A model generated the notes under the pieces. That model made no database searches. It saw nothing but the letters and a program-made list of their open reading frames with translations, and was not told where the DNA came from. 32,000 nucleotides of DNA from Mycobacterium tuberculosis H37Rv (GTDB lineage Bacteria > Actinomycetota > Actinomycetes > Mycobacteriales > Mycobacteriaceae), in contig NC_000962.3 of the NCBI RefSeq assembly GCF_000195955.2, positions 150,001-182,000 on the forward strand, given 5' to 3'. A program made the translations under genes and the position numbers. Shown piece after piece: positions 1 through 12,673 of the stretch; the first letter of the stretch is position 1, and every line of letters starts with the position of its first letter.

Positions 1-996
1 GCCGGGCTGATCGGCCATGGCGGGTCCGGCGGGGCCGGCGGCTCCGGCGCGGCCGGCGGGGCCGGCGGGCACGGCGGATGGCTGTGGGGCAACGGCGGCG
101 TCGGCGGATCCGGCGGGGCGGGTGTCGGCGCAGGCGTGGCTGGCGGTCACGGCGGTGCGGGCGGTGCCGCCGGGCTGTGGGGCGCCGGCGGCGGCGGTGG
201 CAATGGCGGGAACGGCGCCGATGCCAACATCGTCAGCGGTGGAGACGGTGGCCTCGGCGGTGCCGGTGGCGGTGGCGGATGGCTCTACGGCGACGGCGGG
301 GCCGGCGGACACGGCGGACAAGGCGCAATCGGCCTCGGCGGCGGCGCCGGCGGCGACGGGGGCCAGGGCGGCGCCGGCCGCGGACTGTGGGGTACTGGCG
401 GCGCCGGCGGACACGGCGGGCAAGGCGGTGGTACCGGGGGCCCACCGCTGCCCGGTCAGGCAGGCATGGGCGCCGCGGGTGGCGCCGGTGGGCTGATCGG
501 CAACGGCGGGGCCGGCGGCGACGGCGGTGTCGGCGCGTCCGGCGGGGTCGCCGGAGTAGGCGGTGCCGGCGGGAACGCCATGCTGATCGGGCACGGCGGC
601 GCCGGCGGCGCCGGCGGAGACAGCAGTTTCGCTAATGGCGCGGCCGGCGGCGCGGGCGGTGCCGGAGGGCACCTCTTCGGCAATGGCGGGTCCGGCGGCC
701 ACGGCGGAGCCGTCACGGCCGGCAACACCGGTATCGGTGGCGCCGGCGGCGTCGGTGGGGACGCCAGGCTGATCGGCCACGGTGGCGCCGGCGGTGCCGG
801 CGGGGACCGCGCCGGAGCCTTGGTTGGCCGTGACGGCGGGCCCGGTGGGAACGGGGGCGCTGGCGGCCAGCTATACGGCAACGGCGGCGACGGCGCCCCC
901 GGCACCGGCGGAACACTGCAGGCGGCGGTGAGCGGATTGGTGACGGCTTTGTTCGGTGCACCCGGCCAACCCGGCGACACCGGCCAACCCGGCTAG
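1..996 (+). CDS. PE_PGRS2: PE_PGRS family protein, 5'-truncated by the window edge (PGRS domain and C-terminus only)
   Basis: Frame 1 is open from base 1 ([14 protein letters not shown]...) to the stop at 996. Dense GGAGG/GGNGG repeats are typical of PGRS domains. It lies directly upstream of pepA, as Rv0124 does. Confidence 0.9.
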   Translation, partial: AGLIGHGGSGGAGGSGAAGGAGGHGGWLWGNGGVGGSGGAGVGAGVAGGHGGAGGAAGLWGAGGGGGNGGNGADANIVSGGDGGLGGAGGGGGWLYGDGGAGGHGGQGAIGLGGGAGGDGGQGGAGRGLWGTGGAGGHGGQGGGTGGPPLPGQAGMGAAGGAGGLIGNGGAGGDGGVGASGGVAGVGGAGGNAMLIGHGGAGGAGGDSSFANGAAGGAGGAGGHLFGNGGSGGHGGAVTAGNTGIGGAGGVGGDARLIGHGGAGGAGGDRAGALVGRDGGPGGNGGAGGQLYGNGGDGAPGTGGTLQAAVSGLVTALFGAPGQPGDTGQPG

Positions 997-1130
997 CCCC
1001 GATCAACGAGGGTTTCGGTGCCGGTCCGGGGCATGGCCATCCGCTGAGCTGGCGATCTGGACTACGTTGGTGTAGAAAAATCCTGCCGCCCGGACCCTTA
1101 AGGCTGGGACAATTTCTGATAGCTACCCCG

Positions 1131-1140
1131 ACACAGGAGG
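1131..1140 (+). promoter_or_regulatory. Ribosome binding site for pepA
   Basis: ACACAGGAGG lies 7 nt upstream of the ATG at 1148. Confidence 0.7.
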
Positions 1141-1147
1141 TTACGGG

Positions 1148-2215
1148 ATGAGCAATTCGCGCCGCCGCTCACTCAGGTGGTCATGGTTGCTGAGCGTGCT
1201 GGCTGCCGTCGGGCTGGGCCTGGCCACGGCGCCGGCCCAGGCGGCCCCGCCGGCCTTGTCGCAGGACCGGTTCGCCGACTTCCCCGCGCTGCCCCTCGAC
1301 CCGTCCGCGATGGTCGCCCAAGTGGGGCCACAGGTGGTCAACATCAACACCAAACTGGGCTACAACAACGCCGTGGGCGCCGGGACCGGCATCGTCATCG
1401 ATCCCAACGGTGTCGTGCTGACCAACAACCACGTGATCGCGGGCGCCACCGACATCAATGCGTTCAGCGTCGGCTCCGGCCAAACCTACGGCGTCGATGT
1501 GGTCGGGTATGACCGCACCCAGGATGTCGCGGTGCTGCAGCTGCGCGGTGCCGGTGGCCTGCCGTCGGCGGCGATCGGTGGCGGCGTCGCGGTTGGTGAG
1601 CCCGTCGTCGCGATGGGCAACAGCGGTGGGCAGGGCGGAACGCCCCGTGCGGTGCCTGGCAGGGTGGTCGCGCTCGGCCAAACCGTGCAGGCGTCGGATT
1701 CGCTGACCGGTGCCGAAGAGACATTGAACGGGTTGATCCAGTTCGATGCCGCGATCCAGCCCGGTGATTCGGGCGGGCCCGTCGTCAACGGCCTAGGACA
1801 GGTGGTCGGTATGAACACGGCCGCGTCCGATAACTTCCAGCTGTCCCAGGGTGGGCAGGGATTCGCCATTCCGATCGGGCAGGCGATGGCGATCGCGGGC
1901 CAGATCCGATCGGGTGGGGGGTCACCCACCGTTCATATCGGGCCTACCGCCTTCCTCGGCTTGGGTGTTGTCGACAACAACGGCAACGGCGCACGAGTCC
2001 AACGCGTGGTCGGGAGCGCTCCGGCGGCAAGTCTCGGCATCTCCACCGGCGACGTGATCACCGCGGTCGACGGCGCTCCGATCAACTCGGCCACCGCGAT
2101 GGCGGACGCGCTTAACGGGCATCATCCCGGTGACGTCATCTCGGTGACCTGGCAAACCAAGTCGGGCGGCACGCGTACAGGGAACGTGACATTGGCCGAG
2201 GGACCCCCGGCCTGA
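1148..2215 (+). CDS. pepA: Secreted HtrA-like serine protease with C-terminal PDZ domain (Mtb32A antigen)
   Basis: 355 aa. Signal peptide (LLSVLAAVGLGLATAPAQA), trypsin-like motifs NNHVIAG and QPGDSGGPVV, PDZ-like C-terminus. The sequence is recognised as Rv0125. Confidence 0.97.
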   Translation: MSNSRRRSLRWSWLLSVLAAVGLGLATAPAQAAPPALSQDRFADFPALPLDPSAMVAQVGPQVVNINTKLGYNNAVGAGTGIVIDPNGVVLTNNHVIAGATDINAFSVGSGQTYGVDVVGYDRTQDVAVLQLRGAGGLPSAAIGGGVAVGEPVVAMGNSGGQGGTPRAVPGRVVALGQTVQASDSLTGAEETLNGLIQFDAAIQPGDSGGPVVNGLGQVVGMNTAASDNFQLSQGGQGFAIPIGQAMAIAGQIRSGGGSPTVHIGPTAFLGLGVVDNNGNGARVQRVVGSAPAASLGISTGDVITAVDGAPINSATAMADALNGHHPGDVISVTWQTKSGGTRTGNVTLAEGPPA

Positions 2216-2323
2216 TTTCGTCGCGGATACCACCCGCCGGCCGGCCAATTGGATTGGCGCCAGCCGTGATTGCCGCGTGAGCCCCCGAGTTCCGTCTCCC
2301 GTGCGCGTGGCATCGTGGAAGCA

Positions 2324-4124
2324 ATGAACGAGGCAGAACACAGCGTCGAGCACCCTCCCGTGCAGGGCAGTCACGTCGAAGGCGGTGTGGTCGAGCATCC
2401 GGATGCCAAGGACTTCGGCAGCGCCGCCGCCCTGCCCGCCGATCCGACCTGGTTTAAGCACGCCGTCTTCTACGAGGTGCTGGTCCGGGCGTTCTTCGAC
2501 GCCAGCGCGGACGGTTCCGGCGATCTGCGTGGACTCATCGATCGCCTCGACTACCTGCAGTGGCTTGGCATCGACTGCATCTGGTTGCCGCCGTTCTACG
2601 ACTCGCCGCTGCGCGACGGCGGTTACGACATTCGCGACTTCTACAAGGTGCTGCCCGAATTCGGCACCGTCGACGATTTCGTCGCCCTGGTCGACGCCGC
2701 TCACCGGCGAGGTATCCGCATCATCACCGACCTGGTGATGAATCACACCTCGGAGTCGCACCCCTGGTTTCAGGAGTCCCGCCGCGACCCAGACGGACCG
2801 TACGGTGACTATTACGTGTGGAGCGACACCAGCGAGCGCTACACCGACGCCCGGATCATCTTCGTCGACACCGAAGAGTCGAACTGGTCATTCGATCCTG
2901 TCCGCCGACAGTTCTACTGGCACCGATTCTTCTCCCACCAACCGGATCTGAACTACGACAACCCCGCCGTGCAAGAGGCGATGATCGACGTCATCCGCTT
3001 TTGGCTCGGCTTGGGCATCGACGGGTTTCGGTTGGACGCGGTGCCCTATCTCTTTGAACGTGAGGGCACCAACTGCGAGAACCTGCCGGAAACACACGCT
3101 TTTCTCAAGCGAGTCCGCAAGGTGGTGGACGACGAATTCCCCGGCCGGGTGCTGCTAGCCGAAGCCAATCAGTGGCCGGGCGATGTCGTCGAATATTTCG
3201 GTGATCCCAACACCGGTGGCGACGAGTGCCACATGGCCTTTCACTTCCCGCTGATGCCGCGCATCTTCATGGCCGTGCGCCGGGAGTCCCGTTTTCCGAT
3301 CTCGGAGATCATCGCCCAGACCCCACCAATCCCTGACATGGCGCAATGGGGGATATTTCTGCGCAACCACGACGAGCTGACGTTAGAAATGGTCACCGAC
3401 GAAGAGCGCGACTACATGTACGCCGAGTACGCCAAGGATCCACGGATGAAGGCGAATGTCGGAATCCGTCGTCGGCTTGCGCCGCTGCTCGACAACGACC
3501 GCAACCAGATCGAGCTGTTCACCGCGCTGCTGCTGTCGCTGCCCGGCTCGCCGGTCCTCTACTACGGCGACGAGATCGGGATGGGCGACGTGATCTGGTT
3601 GGGTGATCGCGACGGCGTGCGCATCCCGATGCAGTGGACACCGGACCGCAACGCGGGTTTCTCCACCGCCAACCCGGGTCGGCTGTACCTGCCGCCCAGC
3701 CAGGACCCGGTTTACGGGTATCAGGCCGTCAACGTCGAGGCGCAACGCGACACCTCGACGTCGCTGCTCAACTTCACTCGCACCATGCTGGCCGTGCGTC
3801 GCCGACACCCCGCGTTTGCGGTCGGCGCATTCCAGGAATTGGGCGGGTCCAACCCGTCGGTGCTGGCCTACGTGCGTCAGGTGGCCGGCGATGACGGCGA
3901 CACCGTGCTCTGTGTCAACAACCTGTCGCGATTCCCGCAGCCCATCGAATTGGACTTGCAGCAATGGACCAACTACACGCCGGTCGAGCTGACCGGGCAC
4001 GTGGAGTTTCCACGCATCGGCCAGGTGCCCTATCTGCTGACGCTGCCAGGACACGGGTTCTACTGGTTCCAGTTGACCACACATGAGGTGGGGGCACCTC
4101 CCACTTGCGGGGGAGAGCGGCGCC

Positions 4125-4129
<5 letters not shown>
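2324..4129 (+). CDS. treS: Trehalose synthase / maltose alpha-D-glucosyltransferase (GH13)
   Basis: 601 aa from ATG 2324. GH13 motifs [34 protein letters not shown]. The ORF track start at 2270 is an upstream extension. Confidence 0.97.
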
Positions 4130-5599
<1,470 letters not shown>

Positions 5600-5666
5600 T
5601 ACCGGCCGGGGTGTCCGGCTTATTGCTTGGCGTGCGTGCGTCCTGGGCGTCTGGAAGCATGCTCGT

Positions 5667-6446
5667 GTGCAACGAGAGATTTATGACGGTGAGGCGCGGC
5701 TGTCATGGGTGTTGGCGGCGCTGGCCGGGATACTGGGGGCAACCGCGTTCACCCACTCCGCGGGATACTTCGTTACTTTCATGACCGGCAATTCGCAGCG
5801 CGCGGTGCTGGGATTGTTTGGGGACGACGCGTGGATGTCTGTCACCGCGTCGTTGCTGATTCTATTCTTCGTCGCCGGCGTGGTGATTGCGTCGGTGTGC
5901 CGGCGGCATTTCTGGGCGGCGCATCCCCACGGCCCGACCGTGCTGACCACCTTCAGTTTGATATTTGCCGCCGGAGTCGACATTATGCTGGGCGGCTGGC
6001 ACGAGAGCATGCTCGATTTTGTGCCGATTCTGTTCGTGGTCTTCGGGATTGGCGCCTTGAACACATCGTTCGTCAAGGATGGCGAGGTATCGGTTCCGTT
6101 GAGCTATGTGACCGGCACATTGGTCAAGATGGGCCAGGGCATCGAACGTCACCTGGCCGGCGGAAAAGTGGAGGACTGGCTCGGCTACTTCCTGCTGCAC
6201 GCCAGCTTCGTGCTAGGCGCCGCGGCCGGTGGCGCCATTAGTATGGTCGTCACCGGACCCCAGATGCTCGCGGTCGCGGCGGTAGTGTGCGCTGCGACAA
6301 CCGGCTATACCTACCTGCACGCTGACCGGCGAGGGTTGGTCAATCAAAAGCGGCCCCAGCCGGGAAAGCGGCTCTTTCGAGCGCTCAGGCGAGGCGAATT
6401 AGATTCGGGAACCTCCACGCCCGCAACCAATTACGGGTCGAGTTAG
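5667..6446 (+). CDS. DUF1275 (YoaK-like) integral membrane protein
   Basis: 259 aa, GTG start. Multiple hydrophobic segments and a THSAGYFVTFMTGNSQRAVLG motif typical of YoaK/DUF1275. Matches Rv0128. Confidence 0.9.
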   Translation: MQREIYDGEARLSWVLAALAGILGATAFTHSAGYFVTFMTGNSQRAVLGLFGDDAWMSVTASLLILFFVAGVVIASVCRRHFWAAHPHGPTVLTTFSLIFAAGVDIMLGGWHESMLDFVPILFVVFGIGALNTSFVKDGEVSVPLSYVTGTLVKMGQGIERHLAGGKVEDWLGYFLLHASFVLGAAAGGAISMVVTGPQMLAVAAVVCAATTGYTYLHADRRGLVNQKRPQPGKRLFRALRRGELDSGTSTPATNYGSS

Positions 6447-6577
6447 CTTGGCTTCCAGTGGCGCTGGCGAAGGGGTGACCACGCCAACTTCACCCGGAAG
6501 GTCCGACCCAGTGCGGATGTTCCACACATCGGCAGCAGCGCTGGCCGTTGCGCTGCTGCCGATGCTGGCTTGCTGGC

Positions 6578-7621
<1,044 letters not shown>

Positions 7622-7846
7622 TCATCTGCCGCACGACGCGGTCGAATCTGTTCTGGGCGAGTGAAACACACCGAGGACGCTCAGTTCGAATGTCGTGGCC
7701 GCAGCGCGAGATCGCGGTTGGCTAACGATTCAGCGTCGGCCCGGACACCTTGGGCGATTGACACACCCGGGTCACGGCTGGCTCCCGAGCGGCGCAACGA
7801 CCGCACGCACAACCCCTATGCTTACTGCCGACCAGAGGAGAGACCC

Positions 7847-8302
7847 ATGCGCACCTTCGAGTCGGTCGCCGACCTGGCCGCCGCCGCGGGCGAAAAGGTC
7901 GGGCAGAGCGACTGGGTGACCATCACCCAGGAAGAGGTCAATCTGTTCGCCGACGCAACGGGTGATCACCAGTGGATCCACGTCGACCCGGAACGGGCCG
8001 CTGCGGGTCCCTTTGGCACCACCATCGCGCACGGATTCATGACCCTGGCGTTGCTCCCGCGCCTGCAACACCAGATGTACACCGTCAAGGGCGTCAAGCT
8101 GGCAATCAACTACGGCCTGAACAAGGTTCGCTTCCCGGCACCAGTACCCGTCGGCTCGCGGGTGCGTGCGACGAGCTCGCTGGTCGGTGTCGAGGATCTG
8201 GGCAACGGCACCGTGCAGGCGACGGTGTCGACGACCGTCGAGGTCGAGGGATCGGCCAAGCCGGCGTGTGTGGCCGAAAGCATCGTGCGCTACGTCGCCT
8301 GA
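7847..8302 (+). CDS. htdZ: (R)-specific enoyl-CoA hydratase, MaoC-like
   Basis: 151 aa. MaoC hydratase motif FADATGDHQWIHVDPERAAAGPFGTTIAHGF. Matches Rv0130. Confidence 0.93.
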   Translation: MRTFESVADLAAAAGEKVGQSDWVTITQEEVNLFADATGDHQWIHVDPERAAAGPFGTTIAHGFMTLALLPRLQHQMYTVKGVKLAINYGLNKVRFPAPVPVGSRVRATSSLVGVEDLGNGTVQATVSTTVEVEGSAKPACVAESIVRYVA

Positions 8303-8314
8303 GGCAACTCGCGG

Positions 8315-9658
8315 TCAGAATTCGGCGATCGCGTGCTCGAGGCGTTGGGCCAGCCAGGCCTCGGCGTGCGCGCGCCGGGTCGGAATGTGCTGTGACGGGA
8401 AAAGCGTTGTCACCGGCTGGTATTCGCGCAGCGTACGGCGGGCGACGGTCATCTTGTGCAGCTCAGTGGCGCCGTCGGCGATGCCCAGTGACTCGGCTGC
8501 CAGCATCATCTTGACGAACGGCATCTCGTCGGAGACCCCGAGCGCGCCGTGCAGGTGCATGGCCCGCTGCACGACGTCATGCAGCACCTGGGGCATCGCC
8601 ACCTTGACCGCCGCGATGTCGCGGCGCACCTTTTGATAGTCGTGGTGTTTGTCGATAAGCCACGCGGTGCGCAGTACCAGCAGCCGGAACTGCTCGATCT
8701 GGATCCAACTATCGGCGATCTTCTCCTGGGTCATCTGCAGATCGGCGAGCCGCCCGTGTCTAGTCTGGCGCGACAGGGCACGCTCGCACATCATGTCGAA
8801 TGCTCTGCGCGCCAGCGCGATTGTCCGCATCGCGTGATGTATTCGGCCGCCGCCCAATCGGGTCTGCGCGATCATGAACGCTTGGCCCTCGCCGCCGAGC
8901 ACATGATCGGCCGGCACCCGGACGTCGTGGTAGCGGATGTAGCCGTGGCTGGCGTGCCGGGTGGACTCGGCTCCCACACCGACGTTGCGCACGATCTCGA
9001 TGCCCGGGGTGTCGGCCGGGACGATGAACAGCGACATCTTCTCGTACGTACGGGCTTCCGGCTTGGTGACGGCCATGACGATAAAGAACGACGCATGCTT
9101 GGCGTTGGTGGAAAACCACTTCTCGCCGTTGATGATCCAGTCCCCGTTTCCCGCGGCATCGCGGGTCGCCGCGGTCACGAACAGCCCGGGATCGGAACCA
9201 CCCTGCGGCTCGGTCATCGAATAGCAGGAGGTGATCTCGCCGTCGAGCAGCGGTCGTAGATAGCGGGCTTTCTGCTCGTCGGTGCCGAACAGCGCCAGGA
9301 TCTCGGCGTTGCCGGAGTCCGGCGCCTGACAGCCGAACGCCGACGGCGCCCACCGGGAGCGGCCGATGATCTCGTTGAGCAGCGCCAGCTTGACCTGACC
9401 GAAGCCCTGTCCGCCGAGTTCGGGACGCAAATGCGCGGCCCACAACCCCTGGTCTTTCACCTGCCGCTGCAGCGGCCGCAGGATCGCCATCGTGTCGGCG
9501 TTCTTTTTGTCGTAAGGATCGAGGGCGACCAGATCGAGCGGTTCGAGTTCCTCGGCCATGAATTTTTCGACCCAATCCAGCTTGGACTGGTATTGCGGGT
9601 CGGTTTCGAAGTCCCACACCGTCGGCAACCGTTCCCCGGCGCGGCGTCGCACCGGCAT
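8315..9658 (-). CDS. fadE1: Acyl-CoA dehydrogenase
   Basis: 447 aa from ATG 9658 (MPVRRRAGERLPTVWDFETDPQYQ). Motifs CYSMTEPQGGSDP and QLHGALGVSDEMP-like. The longer ORF to 9943 is an upstream extension. Confidence 0.93.
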   Translation of the reverse strand: MPVRRRAGERLPTVWDFETDPQYQSKLDWVEKFMAEELEPLDLVALDPYDKKNADTMAILRPLQRQVKDQGLWAAHLRPELGGQGFGQVKLALLNEIIGRSRWAPSAFGCQAPDSGNAEILALFGTDEQKARYLRPLLDGEITSCYSMTEPQGGSDPGLFVTAATRDAAGNGDWIINGEKWFSTNAKHASFFIVMAVTKPEARTYEKMSLFIVPADTPGIEIVRNVGVGAESTRHASHGYIRYHDVRVPADHVLGGEGQAFMIAQTRLGGGRIHHAMRTIALARRAFDMMCERALSRQTRHGRLADLQMTQEKIADSWIQIEQFRLLVLRTAWLIDKHHDYQKVRRDIAAVKVAMPQVLHDVVQRAMHLHGALGVSDEMPFVKMMLAAESLGIADGATELHKMTVARRTLREYQPVTTLFPSQHIPTRRAHAEAWLAQRLEHAIAEF

Positions 9659-9699
9659 CGTTGATAGAGCAAGACCATCGTAGGTGCGGTCTAGCGGCT

Positions 9700-10782
9700 T
9701 CAGCGCAGTTCGGGCAGGACGTTGGTGCGGTAGAAGTCGATGGCGGTGATCGGGTCGTCCTGGGGGAAATGCAGGAAGGGGACGGCGCCGGCGTCGAGAA
9801 CCGCTTGCACCGCACCGATGTGGACGCCGGGATCGGTACCGACCGCCCAATTGGCCAGCACTTTCTCGATCGGGTTCGACTCGGCGGCACGCTGGATCTC
9901 GACCGGATTGGGCTGGTCGACGGCCCCGGCGGTGAATCGCCACAAGTCGGCGGCGCGGGCGGCCGCCTTGTCGTCGCCGACGACGGCGAACAGTTCGGCC
10001 CGCTTACCCAGGGTGGTGGGATCTCGTCCGGCCGCTTGAGCGCCCGCGGCGAACGCGGCGAGCAGCTTGGCGTCGTTGATGTCGCGGGCTTGGGCGATCC
10101 AACCATCACCGTATCGGCCGGCCAGGGTGGCGCTCTGGGGGCCGCTCGCGGCGACAAAGATCGGCGGCGGCATCGCCGGCGTGTCGTAGAGCTTGAGCTC
10201 GTCGGTCCGAAAATAGTGGCCCGTGAACGAGATCCGCTCACCGCTCCACAGCTGGCGGATCAGTACGATGGCCTCGATCAGCCGGTCGTGGCGCTCGCGG
10301 TAGTTGCCGAACGTGTCGGTGGCGGCTTGTTCGTTGAGCCGCTCGCCGGTGCCCAGCCCCAGAAACACCCGTCCGGGGTTCAGGATCGCCAGCGAGGCAA
10401 ACGCCTGAGCGACGGTGGCCGGATGGTAGCGGTATATGGGACAGGTCACCCCGGTGCCGAACAAGATGCTGCTGGTGCTGTTGCCCACCAACGCCAGGGT
10501 CAGCCAGGGAAACATCGAATGGCCCTCGTTGTCTTGCCATGGCTGTAGGTGGTCGCTGGCCCACACATACCGGAAGCCAGCTTGCTCGGCGGCTTGGGCG
10601 TGCGCCACCAGCCGATCGGTGCGGAATTGTTCGTGGGATAAGACGACACCCACCCCGCGGCTTGCCGGCTCTGGGGTCGGCGTCGGACCGCTGCGCGTGC
10701 TGCAACCGCCGCCTAGCCCACCGGCGCCGATCGCGCCGAACCCGGCGGCCAGACCGAACGTCCGCCGTGAGATGCCGGTCAT
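9700..10782 (-). CDS. fgd2: F420-dependent oxidoreductase of the FGD family (hydroxymycolic acid dehydrogenase), Tat-exported
   Basis: 360 aa. Luciferase-like F420 fold, Tat motif SRRTFGLAAG followed by lipobox-like GGLGGGC. Matches Rv0132c. Confidence 0.94.
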   Translation of the reverse strand: MTGISRRTFGLAAGFGAIGAGGLGGGCSTRSGPTPTPEPASRGVGVVLSHEQFRTDRLVAHAQAAEQAGFRYVWASDHLQPWQDNEGHSMFPWLTLALVGNSTSSILFGTGVTCPIYRYHPATVAQAFASLAILNPGRVFLGLGTGERLNEQAATDTFGNYRERHDRLIEAIVLIRQLWSGERISFTGHYFRTDELKLYDTPAMPPPIFVAASGPQSATLAGRYGDGWIAQARDINDAKLLAAFAAGAQAAGRDPTTLGKRAELFAVVGDDKAAARAADLWRFTAGAVDQPNPVEIQRAAESNPIEKVLANWAVGTDPGVHIGAVQAVLDAGAVPFLHFPQDDPITAIDFYRTNVLPELR

Positions 10783-10868
10783 CGGGCTGCACTACCCGCG
10801 TCGCGCTGCAGCACACCTTCGAGAGTGCATCCTGACTCACCGTCGGCGCCACCGGTTAGCCTGGCGAG

Positions 10869-11474
10869 ATGACCCCGCAGGCACGCCCAGCGCGCAGGGC
10901 CGATGTCCGCGAGCTGTCCCGCACCATGGCCCGGGCGTTCTATGACGATCCGGTCATGAGCTGGTTACTGTCGAACGACAACGCCCGCACCGCAAGGCTG
11001 ACCCGGTTGTTCGCGACGATTGTCCGCCACCAGCATCTGGCCGGCGGTGGTGTGGAAGTGGCCCGCGGCGCGGCGGGCATCGGCGGGGCGGCGCTGTGGG
11101 ATCCCCCGGATCGATGGCGGGAGTCGCGCCGCCAGCAACTGGCGATGACACCGGGGTTCCTGCGGGTGTTCGGCTTTCGGACGGCCAAGGCCCGCGCGGC
11201 GCTGGACGTGATGATGCGTGTGCATCCCGAAGAACCCCACTGGTATCTGGCCGCCATCGGCAGCGACCCGACGGTCCGCGGCCAGGGGTTCGGTCAGGTG
11301 CTGATGCGGTCACGGCTGGACCGTTGCGATGCCGAACACTGTCCGGCCTACCTCGAATCCACCAAACCCGAGAATGTGCCCTACTATCAACGGTTCGGTT
11401 TCCGGGTGACCCGTGAGATCGCTCTGCCCGACGCGGGGCCGCCGCTATGGGCGATGTGGCGGGAGCCTCGGTAG
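10869..11474 (+). CDS. GNAT family N-acetyltransferase
   Basis: 201 aa. Acetyl-CoA motif LAAIGSDPTVRGQGFGQVLM. Matches Rv0133. Confidence 0.9.
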   Translation: MTPQARPARRADVRELSRTMARAFYDDPVMSWLLSNDNARTARLTRLFATIVRHQHLAGGGVEVARGAAGIGGAALWDPPDRWRESRRQQLAMTPGFLRVFGFRTAKARAALDVMMRVHPEEPHWYLAAIGSDPTVRGQGFGQVLMRSRLDRCDAEHCPAYLESTKPENVPYYQRFGFRVTREIALPDAGPPLWAMWREPR

Positions 11475-11770
11475 CGGTTCTTGGCAGCTGGATCGTTCGT
11501 CCGGCCGGGTGATCACTGCGCGACCGTGAATCTGGCGACGCCGCACCGGCGTGTCGCGTCGCCAGACTCACAGTCGCGGCAATCTCTGACCGCCGGTGCG
11601 CTGAGATAGCTCCCGAGGTGCAAAAGTGGTGCGCAGATCGTCAGGCTGAGCTTGCCGGGATCGCGTGGGTCGGCACCCGCAGCCGTCGTCTGCCACCCAA
11701 TAGTGTGTGCGACCCGCCCGGTACACGCGGAATCAACGGGTATGCGGTTCTGGCATAGGCTTGTCAGGCA

Positions 11771-12673
11771 ATGATCGCTCTGCCCGCCTTGGAAGGTGTC
11801 GAACATCGGCACGTGGATGTGGCGGAAGGCGTCAGGATCCACGTTGCGGACGCCGGGCCGGCCGATGGTCCGGCGGTAATGCTGGTGCACGGCTTCCCGC
11901 AGAACTGGTGGGAGTGGCGCGACCTCATCGGCCCGCTGGCCGCCGACGGCAACCGGGTGCTGTGTCCCGACCTGCGCGGCGCGGGCTGGAGTTCGGCGCC
12001 CCGCTCGCGGTATACCAAGACCGAGATGGCTGACGATCTGGCTGCGGTTTTGGACGGCCTGGGTGTGGCCAAGGTCAAGCTGGTGGCCCACGATTGGGGT
12101 GGGCCGGTCGCGTTCATCATGATGTTGCGCCATCCCGAGAAGGTGACCGGGTTTTTCGGCGTGAACACCGTGGCACCCTGGGTGAAGCGCGATCTTGGCA
12201 TGCTCCGCAATATGTGGCGGTTCTGGTATCAGATCCCCATGTCGCTGCCGGTGATCGGCCCGCGGGTGATCAGCGATCCTAAGGGCCGCTACTTCCGGCT
12301 GTTGACCGGGTGGGTCGGGGGCGGATTTCGGGTTCCCGATGACGACGTGCGCCTGTACTTGGACTGCATGCGCGAGCCGGGGCACGCCGAGGCCGGATCG
12401 CGGTGGTATCGCACCTTTCAGACCAGGGAAATGCTGCGCTGGCTGCGCGGCGAGTACAACGACGCTCGGGTCGATGTCCCGGTCCGATGGCTGCACGGCA
12501 CCGGAGATCCGGTGATCACGCCCGACCTGCTGGACGGCTATGCCGAGCGGGCCAGCGATTTCGAGGTGGAGCTGGTCGACGGCGTGGGCCATTGGATCGT
12601 CGAGCAGCGACCCGAGCTGGTGCTCGACCGGGTGCGTGCGTTCCTAGCTGCGGGGACCGAGCAGCGCGATTGA
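11771..12673 (+). CDS. ephF: Epoxide hydrolase (alpha/beta hydrolase)
   Basis: 300 aa. Motifs HGFPQNWWEW, VAHDWGGPVAF and GVGHWIVEQRPE. Matches Rv0134. Confidence 0.94.
   Translation: MIALPALEGVEHRHVDVAEGVRIHVADAGPADGPAVMLVHGFPQNWWEWRDLIGPLAADGNRVLCPDLRGAGWSSAPRSRYTKTEMADDLAAVLDGLGVAKVKLVAHDWGGPVAFIMMLRHPEKVTGFFGVNTVAPWVKRDLGMLRNMWRFWYQIPMSLPVIGPRVISDPKGRYFRLLTGWVGGGFRVPDDDVRLYLDCMREPGHAEAGSRWYRTFQTREMLRWLRGEYNDARVDVPVRWLHGTGDPVITPDLLDGYAERASDFEVELVDGVGHWIVEQRPELVLDRVRAFLAAGTEQRD

Noticed and set aside
78-635. Arg-rich alternative-frame ORFs inside PE_PGRS2
   Set aside because: Products of GGC/GCC-rich repeats read in other frames; seen in every PGRS gene.
1-996. Dense short repeats considered as CRISPR or satellite array
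   Set aside because: The periodicity is codon-level GGX/GGAGG coding repeat of the PGRS domain in one open frame, with no conserved repeat plus unique spacer structure.
1922-2761. 279-aa reverse ORF antisense to the pepA 3' end and treS 5' end
   Set aside because: Fully explained by codon bias of the two real genes on the opposite strand; no RBS or domain signature.
8315-9943. 542-aa form of FadE1
   Set aside because: The extra 95 N-terminal residues are Arg/Pro-rich without acyl-CoA dehydrogenase similarity and run into the fgd2 3' region; ATG 9658 gives a normal 447-aa protein.
8760-10241. Long reverse ORF (493 aa) spanning the fadE1/fgd2 region in another frame
   Set aside because: Arg/Pro/Ser-rich low-complexity translation typical of shadow ORFs in GC-rich DNA; it overlaps two well-supported genes on the same strand.
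11513-12592. 359-aa reverse ORF antisense to ephF, and similar antisense ORFs over fadE1, Rv0139 and Rv0142
   Set aside because: Mirror ORFs of strong coding genes; composition follows the antisense codon pattern with no recognisable family.
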